DNA of 63,124 bases, filler included, from Octopus bimaculoides (lineage: Eukaryota): NCBI RefSeq assembly GCF_001194135.2. It is 6 parts of 6 records of this genome, joined end to end, with 100 filler letters (N's around TTAATTAATTAA, not from the genome) between each part and the next. Parts side by side here need not be neighbours in the genome. Positions count along the whole stretch, not along the records: positions 33,798 to 47,033 come from NC_068991.1; positions 47,134 to 55,086 come from NC_069000.1; 4 more parts are not named here. One strand, 5' to 3'. The notes beneath the pieces were generated by a model. It was given only the letters and a program-made list of their open reading frames with translations. It searched no databases and was not told where the DNA came from. The position numbers and the translations under genes are program-made. Shown one piece after another: positions 35,792-48,392 of the stretch; position 1 is the first letter of the stretch, and every line of letters starts with the position of its first letter.

Positions 35792-38105
35792 CTTAAATAC
35801 GCCAACATCTGTAGCTGAATATATATGGTCTCTAAAACATCCAAAAAGCATTTACTGAATATGTATGATGACTAAAATCATCCAACATCATTCACTGACA
35901 ATGTATGGTCTCTAAAATACCCCAGCGTAATATCACAATATTCTCTAAATTCTAAATGTTTTTTTAATTCCTTCACCATTATTACCTGAATATATATGAT
36001 ATTTAAAATACCCCTACATAATTACTTGAATATACGTATTGTATATGAACTCTAAAATTCCAGAAAATCATTAGTTGAATATATATTGAATCTAAAATGC
36101 ATCAACATTATTAGCACTATCTCTAAAGTTTTCGAAAATTTTAAGCTAAATATATATGGTTTTTAGAATCTCTAACATCGTTAACAGAATAAATATGGTC
36201 TCTCACCCCAACATTTTTAGCAAAATGTATAAAGTCTGAAATACCCACGATGTAACTTTACAATCCAGCTGTGTATATGTATATAGATATATGTATATGT
36301 ATGTATATATGTAAGCGTATGTGAATGTATGTGTGTGTGTGCGTGTGTGTGTGTATGTGAGTGTGTGTGTGTCTGGGTCTATGTATGTATCTATATAGCT
36401 AATTATAAATAGTGCCTAAAATCTCCATCATCATTAGTTGAATATATATTTTCTGTTAAATCTCCCCAACATAATTAACTGAATAAATTTGGTATCTAAT
36501 ATAAGACAGCACCACTACGAGAACGTATATTCTTCAGATTCCCCTGAATTATATGATCTCTAAAATCACACATGGTTAGATGTAATGCACCACCTTTATC
36601 GCCTGAATAGATGTTCTCTAAACTACCAGAAAATATTTAGCTGAATATATATATATATATATATATATATGATCTCTAATTTGCCCCAACATCAGTAGCT
36701 AAACATATATTGTCTATAAAATTATCCAATGCATTTAGCTGAATATGTATGGTCTCTAAAACCCCCCAATAAATTAGCTAAATATATATGTCTAAAACTA
36801 CTACTACATAATTACTTAATTACATGGTTTCTAAAATCCCTCAGTATCATTACCTGAATATATATGGTATCTAGAATACCCCGAACATCATTAACCGTAT
36901 GCATATGTTCCTCAAACCATATAAAGGCATTATTTGAATATATATGGTCACAGAAACACTCCAATATGATTAGCTAAATATATATGACGTCTAAAATATC
37001 TAAACATTATTTCCTGAATATGTATAATCACTAACTTAATGTGTGTGTGTATGTGTGTGTGCGTGTGCGCGCGTGCGTGTGAATGCGTGTGTGCACGCGT
37101 GTGATGAATATATATATGATTTCTAAAAGCCACCAATATCATTATCTGAATATATTATGGCCTCGCAAACTTCCAAATTTAATAGCATAATATATTATGG
37201 TCTCTAAAATTTCTGAATGTCATTAGCTGAGTATATATGGTGTCTAAAATACCATAACATCCTCAGCTGAATAAAGATAGGGAGTTAGGGAGTGTTTATA
37301 TGCTAGATTCTCAAAGCTTTTATTAGTCACTGAGAGAGGGGAAGGGGAGACAGAATATTTCGAAAACTGGACGGATTATTTTTTGCAAGAAAGTAACTAT
37401 TTTATCTAATTTTCCGATTATATAACAGGACATGCGGCGCATAGCTTGCATGGCTGAGACTGCACGCCACTGATACATACATACATAAATATATGATTTA
37501 CCGCTAGCCGCTAAAGCTTTTTTTATTCTCTCTGTTTATTTCTCGTGTTCCTTTCTGTTGAAGAGCGTAGGCTCGAAACATAAAATCCTTTCTCACCTTC
37601 CCGGGCGTTAAACTAAAACACCTGTTTGTTGTTGATACATCTGTCTTCGTCTTTTGTTTTTCTGTAAATTCCAACTATATATATNNNNNNNNNNNNNNNN
37701 NNNNNNNNNNNNNNNNNNNNNNNNNNNNNNNNNNNNNNNNNNNNNNNNNNNNNNNNNNNNNNNNNNNNNNNNNNNNNNNNNNNNNNNNNNNNNNNNNNNN
37801 NNNNATATTACCTCGAAAATAACCCAACATCAATAGCTGTATACATATGCTGTCTCAAACACCCTAGCATCATCTTAATATGTATGGTCTTTAAAATTCA
37901 ACAACATCATTATCCGAAAATACGGTTTCTAAATTCTCCCTTGGGCGACTCTGGGCAGATATAATGCTTTTACATCTTTTTAGCATAAGAAAGAATTTTT
38001 CTCTTCGGTAACTGCCTTTTATCAGTTGAAATATGTCACAAACATATTTTAACAAATCTAAAGTTTACTTGTGCCGAAACACTGCCTGGTGTTGATATTA
38101 CGGTA

Positions 38106-38150
<45 letters not shown>

Positions 38151-39632
38151 TATGTATGTATATATCATTAGCATACATATGGCGATTAAATATCACTATG
38201 ACTTCTAAATATTAATTGCTGAATAGATGTGGTATCTAAAATACCAGAAAATTATTAGCTAAATATATATGACCCCTACAATCTTCAAATATCATTGATT
38301 AAATGTGGAGTCGAAAACCCCTATATTATTTCATGAATATATACGTTTTCTAAATTACGTATTAAGTGAATAGCTAAATATATATGGTATCTAAAATAAC
38401 TTAACATTATTAGCGGTGTACATATGGTATATAAAATACCCGAACATAATTTCTTTAACGTATATGGTGACTAAAATCCCCTTAAATCATTACCTCCGTA
38501 TAGGTCTCTAAAACATCTCAATATCATCAGCTGAATACACAGATGCCTAAATTAAACAAACATTATTTCCTGAACATGTATATTCTCTAGCTCACATCCA
38601 GTAGGTTTAGCTGGTGGTATAGAATATCAAAAAGACACCAATACTATAAGCGTTCTATATATAATATCAAAAATACACCAACATTATTTTCTGAATATAT
38701 ATGGTGTCTTAATTAGGTCCAACATCATTATCTGAATATACCTGCCATCTAAAATATCTCTAATATAATCAGCTGAATATATATAGTGTCTAATATACCC
38801 TACCATTTCTTCTTGAATAAGTATGTTCTCTAACTCACACCGAGCATCATTAACCGAATATGCATGTAGTCCGAAAAACGACTGCATAATCAACTGAAAA
38901 TATGTGGTCTCCAAAATATCTAAATATTTGCTGAATTTATATATTTGCTGAAAATGTATTATGTCTAAAATAATCTAACGTCAAATCTTAGATATGTATG
39001 GTGTCTAAAATCGTCCAACAACATTATATACTGTATGTTCTTTAAATTACACCAGCAGTATTAGCCTAATATATATTGAACAACATCATTAGGAGAATAC
39101 ATATAGTGCCTGAAATATCCTAAAATCATTACCTAAATATATGTGGACATTAAATCGTCGGAAGTCACTACTTGAATATATGCACTCTCTAAAATAACCC
39201 ATTATAACAGCTGAATATATATATATATATATATATATATANNNNNNNNNNNNNNNNNNNNNNNNNNNNNNNNNNNNNNNNNNNNNNNNNNNNNNNNNNN
39301 NNNNNNNNNNNNNNNNNNNNNNNNNNNNNNNNNNNNNNNNNNNNNNNNNNNNNNNNNNNNNNNNNNNNNNNNNNNNNNNNNNNNNNNNNNNNNNNNNNNN
39401 NNNNNNNNNNNNNNNNNNNNNNNNNNNNNNNNNNNNNNNNNNNNNNNNNNNNNNNNNNNNNNNNNNNNNNNNNNNNNNNNNNNNNNNNNNNNNNNNNNNN
39501 NNNNNNNNNNNNNNNNNNNNNNNNNNNNNNNNNNNNNNNNNNNNNNNNNNNNNNNNNNNNNNNNNNNNNNNNNNNNNNNNNNNNNNATATGTATATATGT
39601 ATATGTGTGTGTGTGTGTATGTGTGTGTGTGT

Positions 39633-39676
<44 letters not shown>

Positions 39677-41540
39677 GTGGTCTTAACATAATGAACAGAC
39701 TATATATCGTCTCTAGAATGCTATACTACCGTAGTTGAATGTATATGATCTTCAAGAAACCCACAAGATTCTTTCGTGAATACTTAAGTTCTTTAAATTA
39801 ACCTCGATAGCATTAGTTCAATACATATGGTGTTTGAAATACCATAACTTCTCTAACTCAACATATAAAGTTTCTGAAATCCCTCGTCCCCAACATCAGT
39901 CGCTAAATATTTATGGTGTCTGAAATATTCCAGCATCTTTACCTGGATATACCCGAACATCATAAGCAGAATATATGTGGTGTCTCAAAACCCAACTTCA
40001 TTACCTGAATATACAGGGATTTTAATATCTCCAGACAACTTAACTTAATATATGCCCCCTTACTTACAACCAACGTCATTAGCTCAATATATATGGTGTC
40101 TAAAATATCCCGATATCATTTGCTGAAATTAAATCGGCTCTAAAATTCAGCTTAACTGAAATTATATGGTGTATAAAATATTTTAAGGTCAGATCATGAA
40201 TATATATAGTCTTCAAAATCGCCCATTAACATTACCTGATATCTATTATCTAAACTACTCCACCAACATTTGTTAAATATCTATGGTATCTAAATTACTT
40301 TGGCATCATTAGCTGAATACATATGGTCACTAAAATTCACCTACTTCATTAGTTGAATACATGTACTCTAAATTACCCCGACATCATAGCCTGAAAATAT
40401 ATGGTCTCTAACATTATTTTCTGAATGTGTATGTTCTCTAGCCTACTCATTATAGCACTAACTGAATATATAAAATATTGTGTCTAAGATAACGAACGTA
40501 ATTAGTTAGATATATGTAGATGCTGCAATATACAACAACCATTAGCTAAACTTGAATTGGCTCTAAATAACCTAAGGTGTAAATAGAAAACATATGGTGA
40601 CTGAAATAACTTTAACGCCAGATACTAAACTTATCAATATCTATTTTAGGGTCTTTGAATTATTCCATCATTACCACCACTATCAAAAAATTATCTGAAT
40701 ACGTATATGGTGTCTACAAGATACCACCATCATTCTTAGTATTATAATCTGAATATAACCAACATCATTAGCTGAATATTACCAGCATCATTGACTGAAT
40801 ATAATTCAATTCTAATATCCCTCAACACCAATACCTGAATATATTGTCTCTAAAATTATTTTAACATTATCTCTTCAATATGTATGTTCGCTAACTTAGC
40901 CCAAACAATACTTACTAAATACATAGTACCGGAATCTAAAGCTCCGTAAATCATAAACTGAATACGTATCGTCTTATAATACCCCAACATCATTAGCTGT
41001 ATATATCTGGTGTCTAAAACACCATAACATAATTTCCTGTATATATATATATATATGTCTAAAATCCTCTAACAAAATTAGCAAATATAAATTCTCCAAA
41101 TTACTCCAACGACATTAGCCGAATTTGGTGCGCAACCCCCACTCATGTCCTTAGCAGAAACATATTGTTTCTAAAATTCCTCAACATTGTTACCAGTATA
41201 TACGTTCTCAAACTTGCCCCAATATTCTTGCCATAATACATATGGTGTTAAAAAAAAAACCCTTCAAAATTACCTGAATAATACATAGACATCAAAAGCC
41301 CGCATCATCAGTAGCTGAACTGACAGGACACCTAAAATAAATCAACATTATTATCTGAATATATGTGGCCTCTAAAATAACGAATATCACTAACTAAATA
41401 TATATGGTCTGTAAAATCCGCAACATCAATGCCTGAATATATTGTGTCTGAAATCCCGCAACATCTAAATATATATTGTCTGTAAAATCCCTCAATATCA
41501 TACATATGGTTTCTAAAATGCCCCAACAACATTACTATAT
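35790..41540. repeat. Degenerate ~40-bp tandem satellite, consensus near aacatcattagctgaatatatatggtctctaaaatacccc
   Basis: The motif recurs over ~5.7 kb (e.g. aacat at 40986 and 41026). It is interrupted by microsatellites, gaps and an insertion at ~37270-37680. Confidence 0.85.
37490..37684 (+). mobile_element. Interspersed repeat with minimal hammerhead-like motif
   Basis: cctttCTGTTGAa-gagc-gtag-gctc-GAAACata (37555-37582). It ends in (TA)n. Confidence 0.6.
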
Positions 41541-41544
41541 TCAA

Positions 41545-41750
41545 TGTGTGACTACGTGTGTATCGTTGGCGATTTTCTTTCTCTGTCTTCCCTTCTTTGG
41601 ACTTTTTCTATATTTCTGATGAAGAGCTCCGCTCGAAACGTGAAGTCCTCTTACTTTTCTTTCTTTTCCTGAGCGTCCGATAACACTGTACTTATTCCAC
41701 GTCATCGCGTTGTTGTTTTTTCTTGCTTGTTCATGTTTGGATTGACTATA
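41545..41750 (+). mobile_element. Interspersed repeat with minimal hammerhead motif (intact CUGAUGA/GAAA core)
   Basis: tttCTGATGAa-gagc-tcc-gctc-GAAACgtg (41616-41642). It ends in (TA)n. Confidence 0.65.
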
Positions 41751-41768
41751 TATATATATATATATATA

Positions 41769-41957
41769 TACAGGGTGTTAAAAAAATCTCACCGCAGTGA
41801 ATTTTTTTCATCCTGCGCATCACCATGCCGCTACTTCAAGAGTTTTTCGGTGAACGGATTATTTCGAAGGGACGTTGGCCACCAATATTACCTGATTTAA
41901 CACTACCAGATTTTTTTCTGGGGAGCACGTAACGGATCAGTGTACAAGAATCGCCCG
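41769..41957 (+). mobile_element. Internally deleted Tc1/mariner-superfamily element: 5' TIR joined to a transposase C-terminal fragment
   Basis: TA-CAGGGTG start, then LQEFFGERIISKGRWPPILPDLTLPDFF(L/W)G...KNRP, matching the WPPRSPDL..DFFLWG motif. Truncated by a gap. Confidence 0.7.
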
Positions 41958-41967
41958 NNNNNNNNNN

Positions 41968-42016
<49 letters not shown>

Positions 42017-43692
42017 AAGAAAGAAAGAAAGAGAGACAGACAGACAAATAGACTGAAAGAAAGACAGACAGACAGATATTCATATATGTGTGTCTGCAAT
42101 GAGTTCCTGAAATACTCAATAAACTATTAAACAGTTTCACGTAACCGATCATCAGACAGTCGTAAGTATTTAAAACAATACTTTGGTTCAAAAGAATTTA
42201 TAAATATCTATAAGTGGTGTAGTAATTGATATTTACCAATTCATCGAATAAACAATTAAAATTGATTAGAGAGGGCATTATTATTATTCAACATAACGAG
42301 AATTTGTTACATGAAAAACAATAAGCTGTGTCGGAAAAAGCATAAACATTTAAAGCGGGTAGAAAGTGAATTAAAACTTGGATAATATATATCGTTTATA
42401 TTCATTGAAAACAAGTTTATGACTGATAAAGACCCTTTTAAAAGTTGGGAGTGATAGAAAATAGTGTAAGTGATAAGATTAAAAACAAAAATTAATACAA
42501 TGGCGAATGGATACCAAAACATGAAGTACAGAATAAATGCAAAAATAAAATAAAAGAATAAATACAGAAGAGAGGATTTATAATCATCTGCATATAAAAA
42601 TGCTAATCAATTTTTTTCGCAATGTGCCTTTCTTTTAGATCTAATCTTAAATCACATTAATTATTCTGAATTTTTTTTGACATTTTACTCTCCCCTCGGT
42701 CATTACTATGTTATCTTGTATGAAACATCTCCTATCGAATACCCAAGCTTTCCTCTAACGTGGAAGTATTTAGAAATAACTTCGAATATTATAATGGTGA
42801 TCCGCTGACAAACAACTCTGACTTTAAAATAACTTCTGCACATGAACATACAAAACATTAATGAATCACATAACTCTTTAACTCAACCATTTAAACGCAG
42901 GGTTATAGTAAATATACGTGAAAATTATACTATAATTACAGATAAGGCTAACAACAGTAGTGACAATATAACGAGCGGTGGTTATGACAATGAAAACAAT
43001 GAAACCCTGCATATGCCTTGAGACATAACTGATAAAGCTACAAATAGTGGGAATAACTTAATATAACCTTTCTAGTATAGACATAAGATCTGAATTTTTT
43101 GGGGAGAGGACTAATCGATTACATCGACCCCGAAAGTAAGATAGGCAAAGTCAACAACGCCATGAAAATAATGAAACTAATTGACGAAAATAGCCAAACT
43201 AATAATCAATCTACAGTTGATTTTTGGTGATTAGAACTGTTGTGAATGTAGCTAAGTTTTTCATTAGATTTGTGGAAAGGAATGTGTATACTGCAGTTCA
43301 AACTTGAGTTGACGCCAAGAAAATAAGGAAACTAACAAACAACAATAACCAGTTTAATATTGAGAAGTAACAGCTAACCAAGGATAGTGGTAAAACTATA
43401 ATACAATTATACTAAACAGTAGAAATAAAGATGAAACGAACTTTCGCTGCACACCTTGCAGCGCCATATTGAAGGAGATCTCACGGCAGCCATTGCCATC
43501 TCCAAAACTGGAGCGAGACCTCACCTGCATCCATTTGCCACGCGCGAGCTCACAACGAGGCTTGCGATGGCAAAACTATAAAAGGAAAGAAACCTTTAGG
43601 TTCGATCTCACTTTTCCCGCTGCGACTGCTAACAGAGCACACTTCACTAGCTTGCCCTCTAGGCTAGTCCGCTTGTCGCATCTCCTGAGGCG

Positions 43693-43923
43693 ATGGCCCG
43701 CGTAATGGAGAACGATGAATTCATACCGCATGAGATGGCTGCNNNNNNNNNNNNNNNNNNNNNNNNNNNNNNNNNNNNNNNNNNNNNNNNNNNNNNNNNN
43801 NNNNNNNNNNNNNNNNNNNNNNNNNNNNNNNNNNNNNNNNNNATTGTGGATGGGATAATGACCGAGTGTGATGCTTTCGAAATGGATCTGAGTTCACTCT
43901 ACAGAGAGAATCCACTCCTTTAA
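43693..43923 (+). CDS. Hypothetical small acidic protein (MARVMENDEFIPHEMA...IVDGIMTECDAFEMDLSSLYRENPLL), middle hidden by a gap
   Basis: Upstream TATAAAAG (43577) and Inr-like TCACTTT (43608); AATAAA at 44044. Frame continuity across the 100 N is unverified. Confidence 0.3.
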   Translation: MARVMENDEFIPHEMAXXXXXXXXXXXXXXXXXXXXXXXXXXXXXXXXXXIVDGIMTECDAFEMDLSSLYRENPLL

Positions 43924-44094
43924 TCAAAGAATCTATTTATAGAACGAGTTAAATGTGTGTTTGCTGAGCATTTTTATTTATTTATAACTTATTCATAAAC
44001 ATTGTTTCACTACTTTTGTCACCAATGAATGTGGTGACATCCAAATAAAGAAAAGCACCGCCTGTTTCTCATTACATCTTTATGAGTTGTTAAA

Positions 44095-44125
<31 letters not shown>

Positions 44126-44305
44126 ATTTGGAAGTAGACAAAGTAAAAATTTCTGCTGATCCAGTAACAAACCAAATGAAACTAATCGGGATTTTCTTCA
44201 GATTGTTCTCCTAAGAGAATTCTGCGGCTTGAATAGTGGGCTATATTTGTATAGCATGTCTTAATGAGTGGTTATTAAACAAATGCACGTAAGTTTCTTG
44301 AGGCC

Positions 44306-44355
<50 letters not shown>

Positions 44356-44914
44356 GTCTATACATATGTGTCTATATATGTATATATATAAAATTAAACA
44401 ATAGGGTAAAAAATTGGATATTAGTTAATATCAATTTAATACCAGGGAACCAGCACATTAAATGAATCAGGGAGATTCAGAAAAAGTATCTGCGATCTCA
44501 AAGGATTCTCCTTTATATATATTTTTATATATACATATGTATGTATGTATATATATATATATATATACATATGTATGTATGTATATNNNNNNNNNNNNNN
44601 NNNNNNNNNNNNNNNNNNNNNNNNNNNNNNNNNNNNNNNNNNNNNNNNNNNNNNNNNNNNNNNNNNNNNNNNNNNNNNNNNNNNNNNNNNNNNNNNNNNN
44701 NNNNNNNNNNNNNNNNNNNNNNNNNNNNNNNNNNNNNNNNNNNNNNNNNNNNNNNNNNNNNNNNNNNNNNNNNNNNNNNNNNNNNNNNNNNNNNNNNNNN
44801 NNNNNNNNNNNNNNNNNNNNNNNNNNNNNATATATATATATATAGTTAGTATTTAATAGAGGGTATGGTAGTTTATCGGTACAGCACGTTCATTGACTTG
44901 GTGTTCGTTGGGTA

Positions 44915-45470
44915 TGTAATTAATGAGTGAACGGAAGATGGAAGATACGAGAATCGTTACTGATCACTACAATCGTTTCGAACCATCTAGCATCGACCCC
45001 TCGTGGGTGAGTTACTGTACAACTGGTCTAGATGTATCCCTCGGTGCTGAATTGTGTCCTCGGATGATTTCAAGGGGTATCTTGTTAAAATAAACTCTTT
45101 CGCACAACTTATTTTCGGATATTTTCAGGAATGACTAATTAAGGGATACAGCTCCATTTTTTATAGAAGATCCATAGCAAAGAGGAGATACAAAAAGAAA
45201 CAAATACACAATACATCGAAACAATTATTACATATAACCGTTAGTAAATATAGATGAATCCCTTATTTTTCCATTTTCCAAAGACCAAGAAGAAAACATC
45301 CAGAAATAAGTTGTGTGAAACAGTGTATTTTAACAAGATAACTCTTGAAATAACCGGAGGAGATACATCTGCACCGAGAGATACACTAAACCGGTTGTAC
45401 AGTATCCCATCCGCGATGGATCGAAACGATTGTAGTGATCAATAAAGATTCTCGTATCTCCCATTAATTA
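44915..45470. repeat. Long imperfect inverted repeat (arms ~220-240 bp), probably a decayed inverted Penelope-like terminal pair
   Basis: gatacgagaatc...gatcactacaatcgtttcga...ctgtacaac...tatcttgttaaaata...cacaacttattt on the left is mirrored at 45250-45470. Confidence 0.8.
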
Positions 45471-45507
<37 letters not shown>

Positions 45508-45631
45508 GCACATATATACATATATACGTACATACATACATGCATACATACATATATACATATGCATGTATACACTCATACGTATATATGTAAGTATGGA
45601 TGGATGAATATATGTATGCATNNNNNNNNNN

Positions 45632-45663
<32 letters not shown>

Positions 45664-46159
45664 ATTTAAGTTCATAAGAAACGGCGGTGTCCCAGCATGA
45701 CCAGAGCTTTAAAGCTGAAAAAATTTTAAGGAATTTAAAGAAAAAATATATTCGAGTGTTGTAACGTACATATGTATACAAATATTAGTCAATCATTGGT
45801 ATGTAGCAAAGAAGGCCATGTAATCAATGCAGCAACAAGACTATTTCTGTTGTTGATTTTTGGATTGCTGAAAGTTGATGTCTAATGAATGAAAGAACTT
45901 GATGTTATTGCTCTTATTTGTCTTGCAATGATACATATATCCCTGCAAGCTTTGACAGTAAAATGTCTTGGAGTTGTTAGAATGTGTTAGCATCAGCTCA
46001 ACGCATATCCCTGATGCTTTTCGGAAGAATAACGAAAAATACTGGGGTTTTTGTAACTTTGAGATATTGCGGGAATTAGACCTAATTCCAGCCGTGAGTA
46101 CCGTCTAGTTCGGGATATGCACAGCTTTCAATGCCAGAGCAATAATTTTCCCATGATTA

Positions 46160-46177
46160 TGTGTGTGCATGTATGCG

Positions 46178-46262
<85 letters not shown>

Positions 46263-46298
46263 TAATAATAATAATGATGATACTACTACTACTACTAC

Positions 46299-46336
<38 letters not shown>
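46160..46336. repeat. (AAT)n/(ACT)n microsatellite
   Basis: Directly visible. Confidence 0.95.
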
Positions 46337-46337
<1 letters not shown>

Positions 46338-46549
46338 AAAGTGACAACAGAAGAATGAGACCTTGGTATTAGGTAAACAGAGAATTGTCCTAAACTATAT
46401 GTTTTGGACAATCAGTAAGTTGTCATAATAGTACTCGGAGTTTCAAAAGCCGGAGCTAAGAGCTACGATGCTTTCTCATCGGTTATTAATAGACGCTATG
46501 AAAAACCGTTGAATAAAAGGGAAGTTACTCTAATAGGTAGAAAAATATA

Positions 46550-47033
46550 AAAGCACGAGGAGAGAGCTTGTCCGTTTTAGAGGACAGAGCAAAAGTGAGG
46601 GGCTTGTGATCAGTATAAATCACAAACTCTCGTCCCTCGAGCTGGTGTTGAAAATGCCGAATCGACAGATAGATTGTCAATAGCTCACGATCAAAAGTAC
46701 TATACCTGCGTTCGGCAGGCTGTAATTTACAAGAAAAGAAAGCCAAGGGTTTTGTTTGATTGTCTACAGTGTGCTGCAAAACAGCACCGACCGCAGAATC
46801 GGAAGCATCCACAGATAAAGAAAGCGGAGCATCAGGAGCGGGATGTGCAAGAACAGGAACGGAGGATAACTCCTGTTTCACAGACTCAAAAGCAGATAAC
46901 GCCTCATCAGTAAGAGTGAGTCCAGCATCCTTCTTAGAATGGCCTTGCAGTAGCCTCGTTAAAGGAAGTAGTTTGTATGCACACCGGTCAATGAATCTCC
47001 TGTAAAAATTTACCATGCCTAAAAAATGGCGCA
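46550..47033 (-). pseudogene. Ty3/gypsy LTR retrotransposon pol fragment (RT connection plus RNase H)
   Basis: FLGMVNFYRRFI...PLTRLL...AF..VKQEL...PVLAHP...L.VDASD.AVGAVLQ...PLAFFS.KL..AERRYSTFDRELL.IY..IRHF...LEGR.F.IYTDHKPL. Truncated by the scaffold end and after SPR. Confidence 0.92.
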
Positions 47034-47133
47034 NNNNNNNNNNNNNNNNNNNNNNNNNNNNNNNNNNNNNNNNNNNNTTAATTAATTAANNNNNNNNNNN
47101 NNNNNNNNNNNNNNNNNNNNNNNNNNNNNNNNN
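47034..47133. other. Artificial scaffold-joining spacer
   Basis: 44 N + TTAATTAATTAA (47078-47089) + 44 N. Confidence 0.95.
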
Positions 47134-47147
47134 TGTGTGTGTGTGTT

Positions 47148-47178
<31 letters not shown>

Positions 47179-47945
47179 TTGTGTGTCTGTGTTTGTCCCC
47201 CCAACATCGCTTGACAACCGATGCTGGTGTGTTTACGTCCCCGTAACTTAGCGGTTCGACAAAAGAGGCCGATAGAATAAGTACTAGGCTTACAAAGAAT
47301 AAGTCCTGGGGTCGATTTGTTCGACTAAAGGCGGTGCTCCAGCATGGCCACAGTCAAATGACTGAAACAAGTAAAAGAGTATACTTTGGATAATTCCGGT
47401 ATGGCTGTGTAGGTAAGAAGCTTGCTTTTCAATCACAGGGTTTAAGGTTCAAACAGCAGTATCTTCCTACTTTAGCTCTGGGTGGAACAATGCATTGTGA
47501 ATGAATTTGGTAAAGAAGAACTGCATGGACGCCCATTGTATGTGTGTGTGTGTGCACGTGCATGTGTGCATGCGTACCTGATGTTCTTCCTGTTGTCAAC
47601 TCTCACCTGTTTCCAAGTAAGGTAATATTTTCCCGTCACCTGACAAACCTCAGAAGATTGGAAACAAAGGACACTCCTTGAAGGACAGTTACACTCGCTT
47701 TCACCCGTCATGGGATGTCAAGGAGAGGAGATAATAACACGCACACACATACACATACAGAGGCACAAAAACACACACATACACACAAATATACAATGGG
47801 CTTCTTTTAGTTTCCATCTGCCAAATCCATTCACAAGGCTTAGGTCAGCCTGGGGCTATAATAGAAGACACTTGTCCAAGGTCCCATACAGCAAGACTGA
47901 ACCTGAAACCATATAATTGGGAAGCAAACTTCTTACCATCAGTTT
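47134..47945. mobile_element. Cluster of SINE A pieces: tail 47134-47383(+), head 47395-47560(+), head 47790-47945(-)
   Basis: Same diagnostic family A motifs as the copy at 9237-9710. Confidence 0.8.
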
Positions 47946-47984
47946 CAGCTATACACATCCATCCATCCATATATATATATATAT

Positions 47985-48029
<45 letters not shown>

Positions 48030-48031
<2 letters not shown>

Positions 48032-48235
48032 TTAACGTCCGTTGACCATGCTGGCATGGGTTGGATGGTTTGACCAAGGCTGGTAAGTGATAAGCTGGAA
48101 GGCTGCACCGCACTCCTGTCTGATTTGGTGTGGTTTTCTATGGCTGGATGCCCTTCCTAATGCCAACCACTCTGAGAGTGTAATGGATGCTTTTACATGC
48201 CACGAACATGGGTGCCATTTATATTTAAAGATAGA
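48030..48235 (-). mobile_element. SINE family D body with (GAT)n tail
   Basis: Minus strand reads ggttggcattaggaagggcatccagccatagaaaac...ccaacccatgccagcatgg...(gat)n. A second copy lies at 50440. Confidence 0.75.
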
Positions 48236-48352
48236 TAGATAGATAGATGGATACGCACACACTCACACATACATACACACACACGCTCACACACGCATAT
48301 AAAGATAGATTAATAGATAGATGGATATATATACACATACATATCCATGTAT

Positions 48353-48392
<40 letters not shown>

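Noticed and set aside
35790-41544. Repeat protein (FRDHIYSANDVG-like units) or a CRISPR array in the 40-bp satellite
   Set aside because: The period is ~40 bp (not a multiple of 3), stops are frequent, inter-repeat parts are homologous rather than unique spacers, and there are no cas genes.
42935-43070. Asn-rich exon-like frame DKANNSSDNITSGGYDNENNETLHMP
   Set aside because: An in-frame TGA follows, and AAT/AAC-rich DNA produces such peptides by chance.
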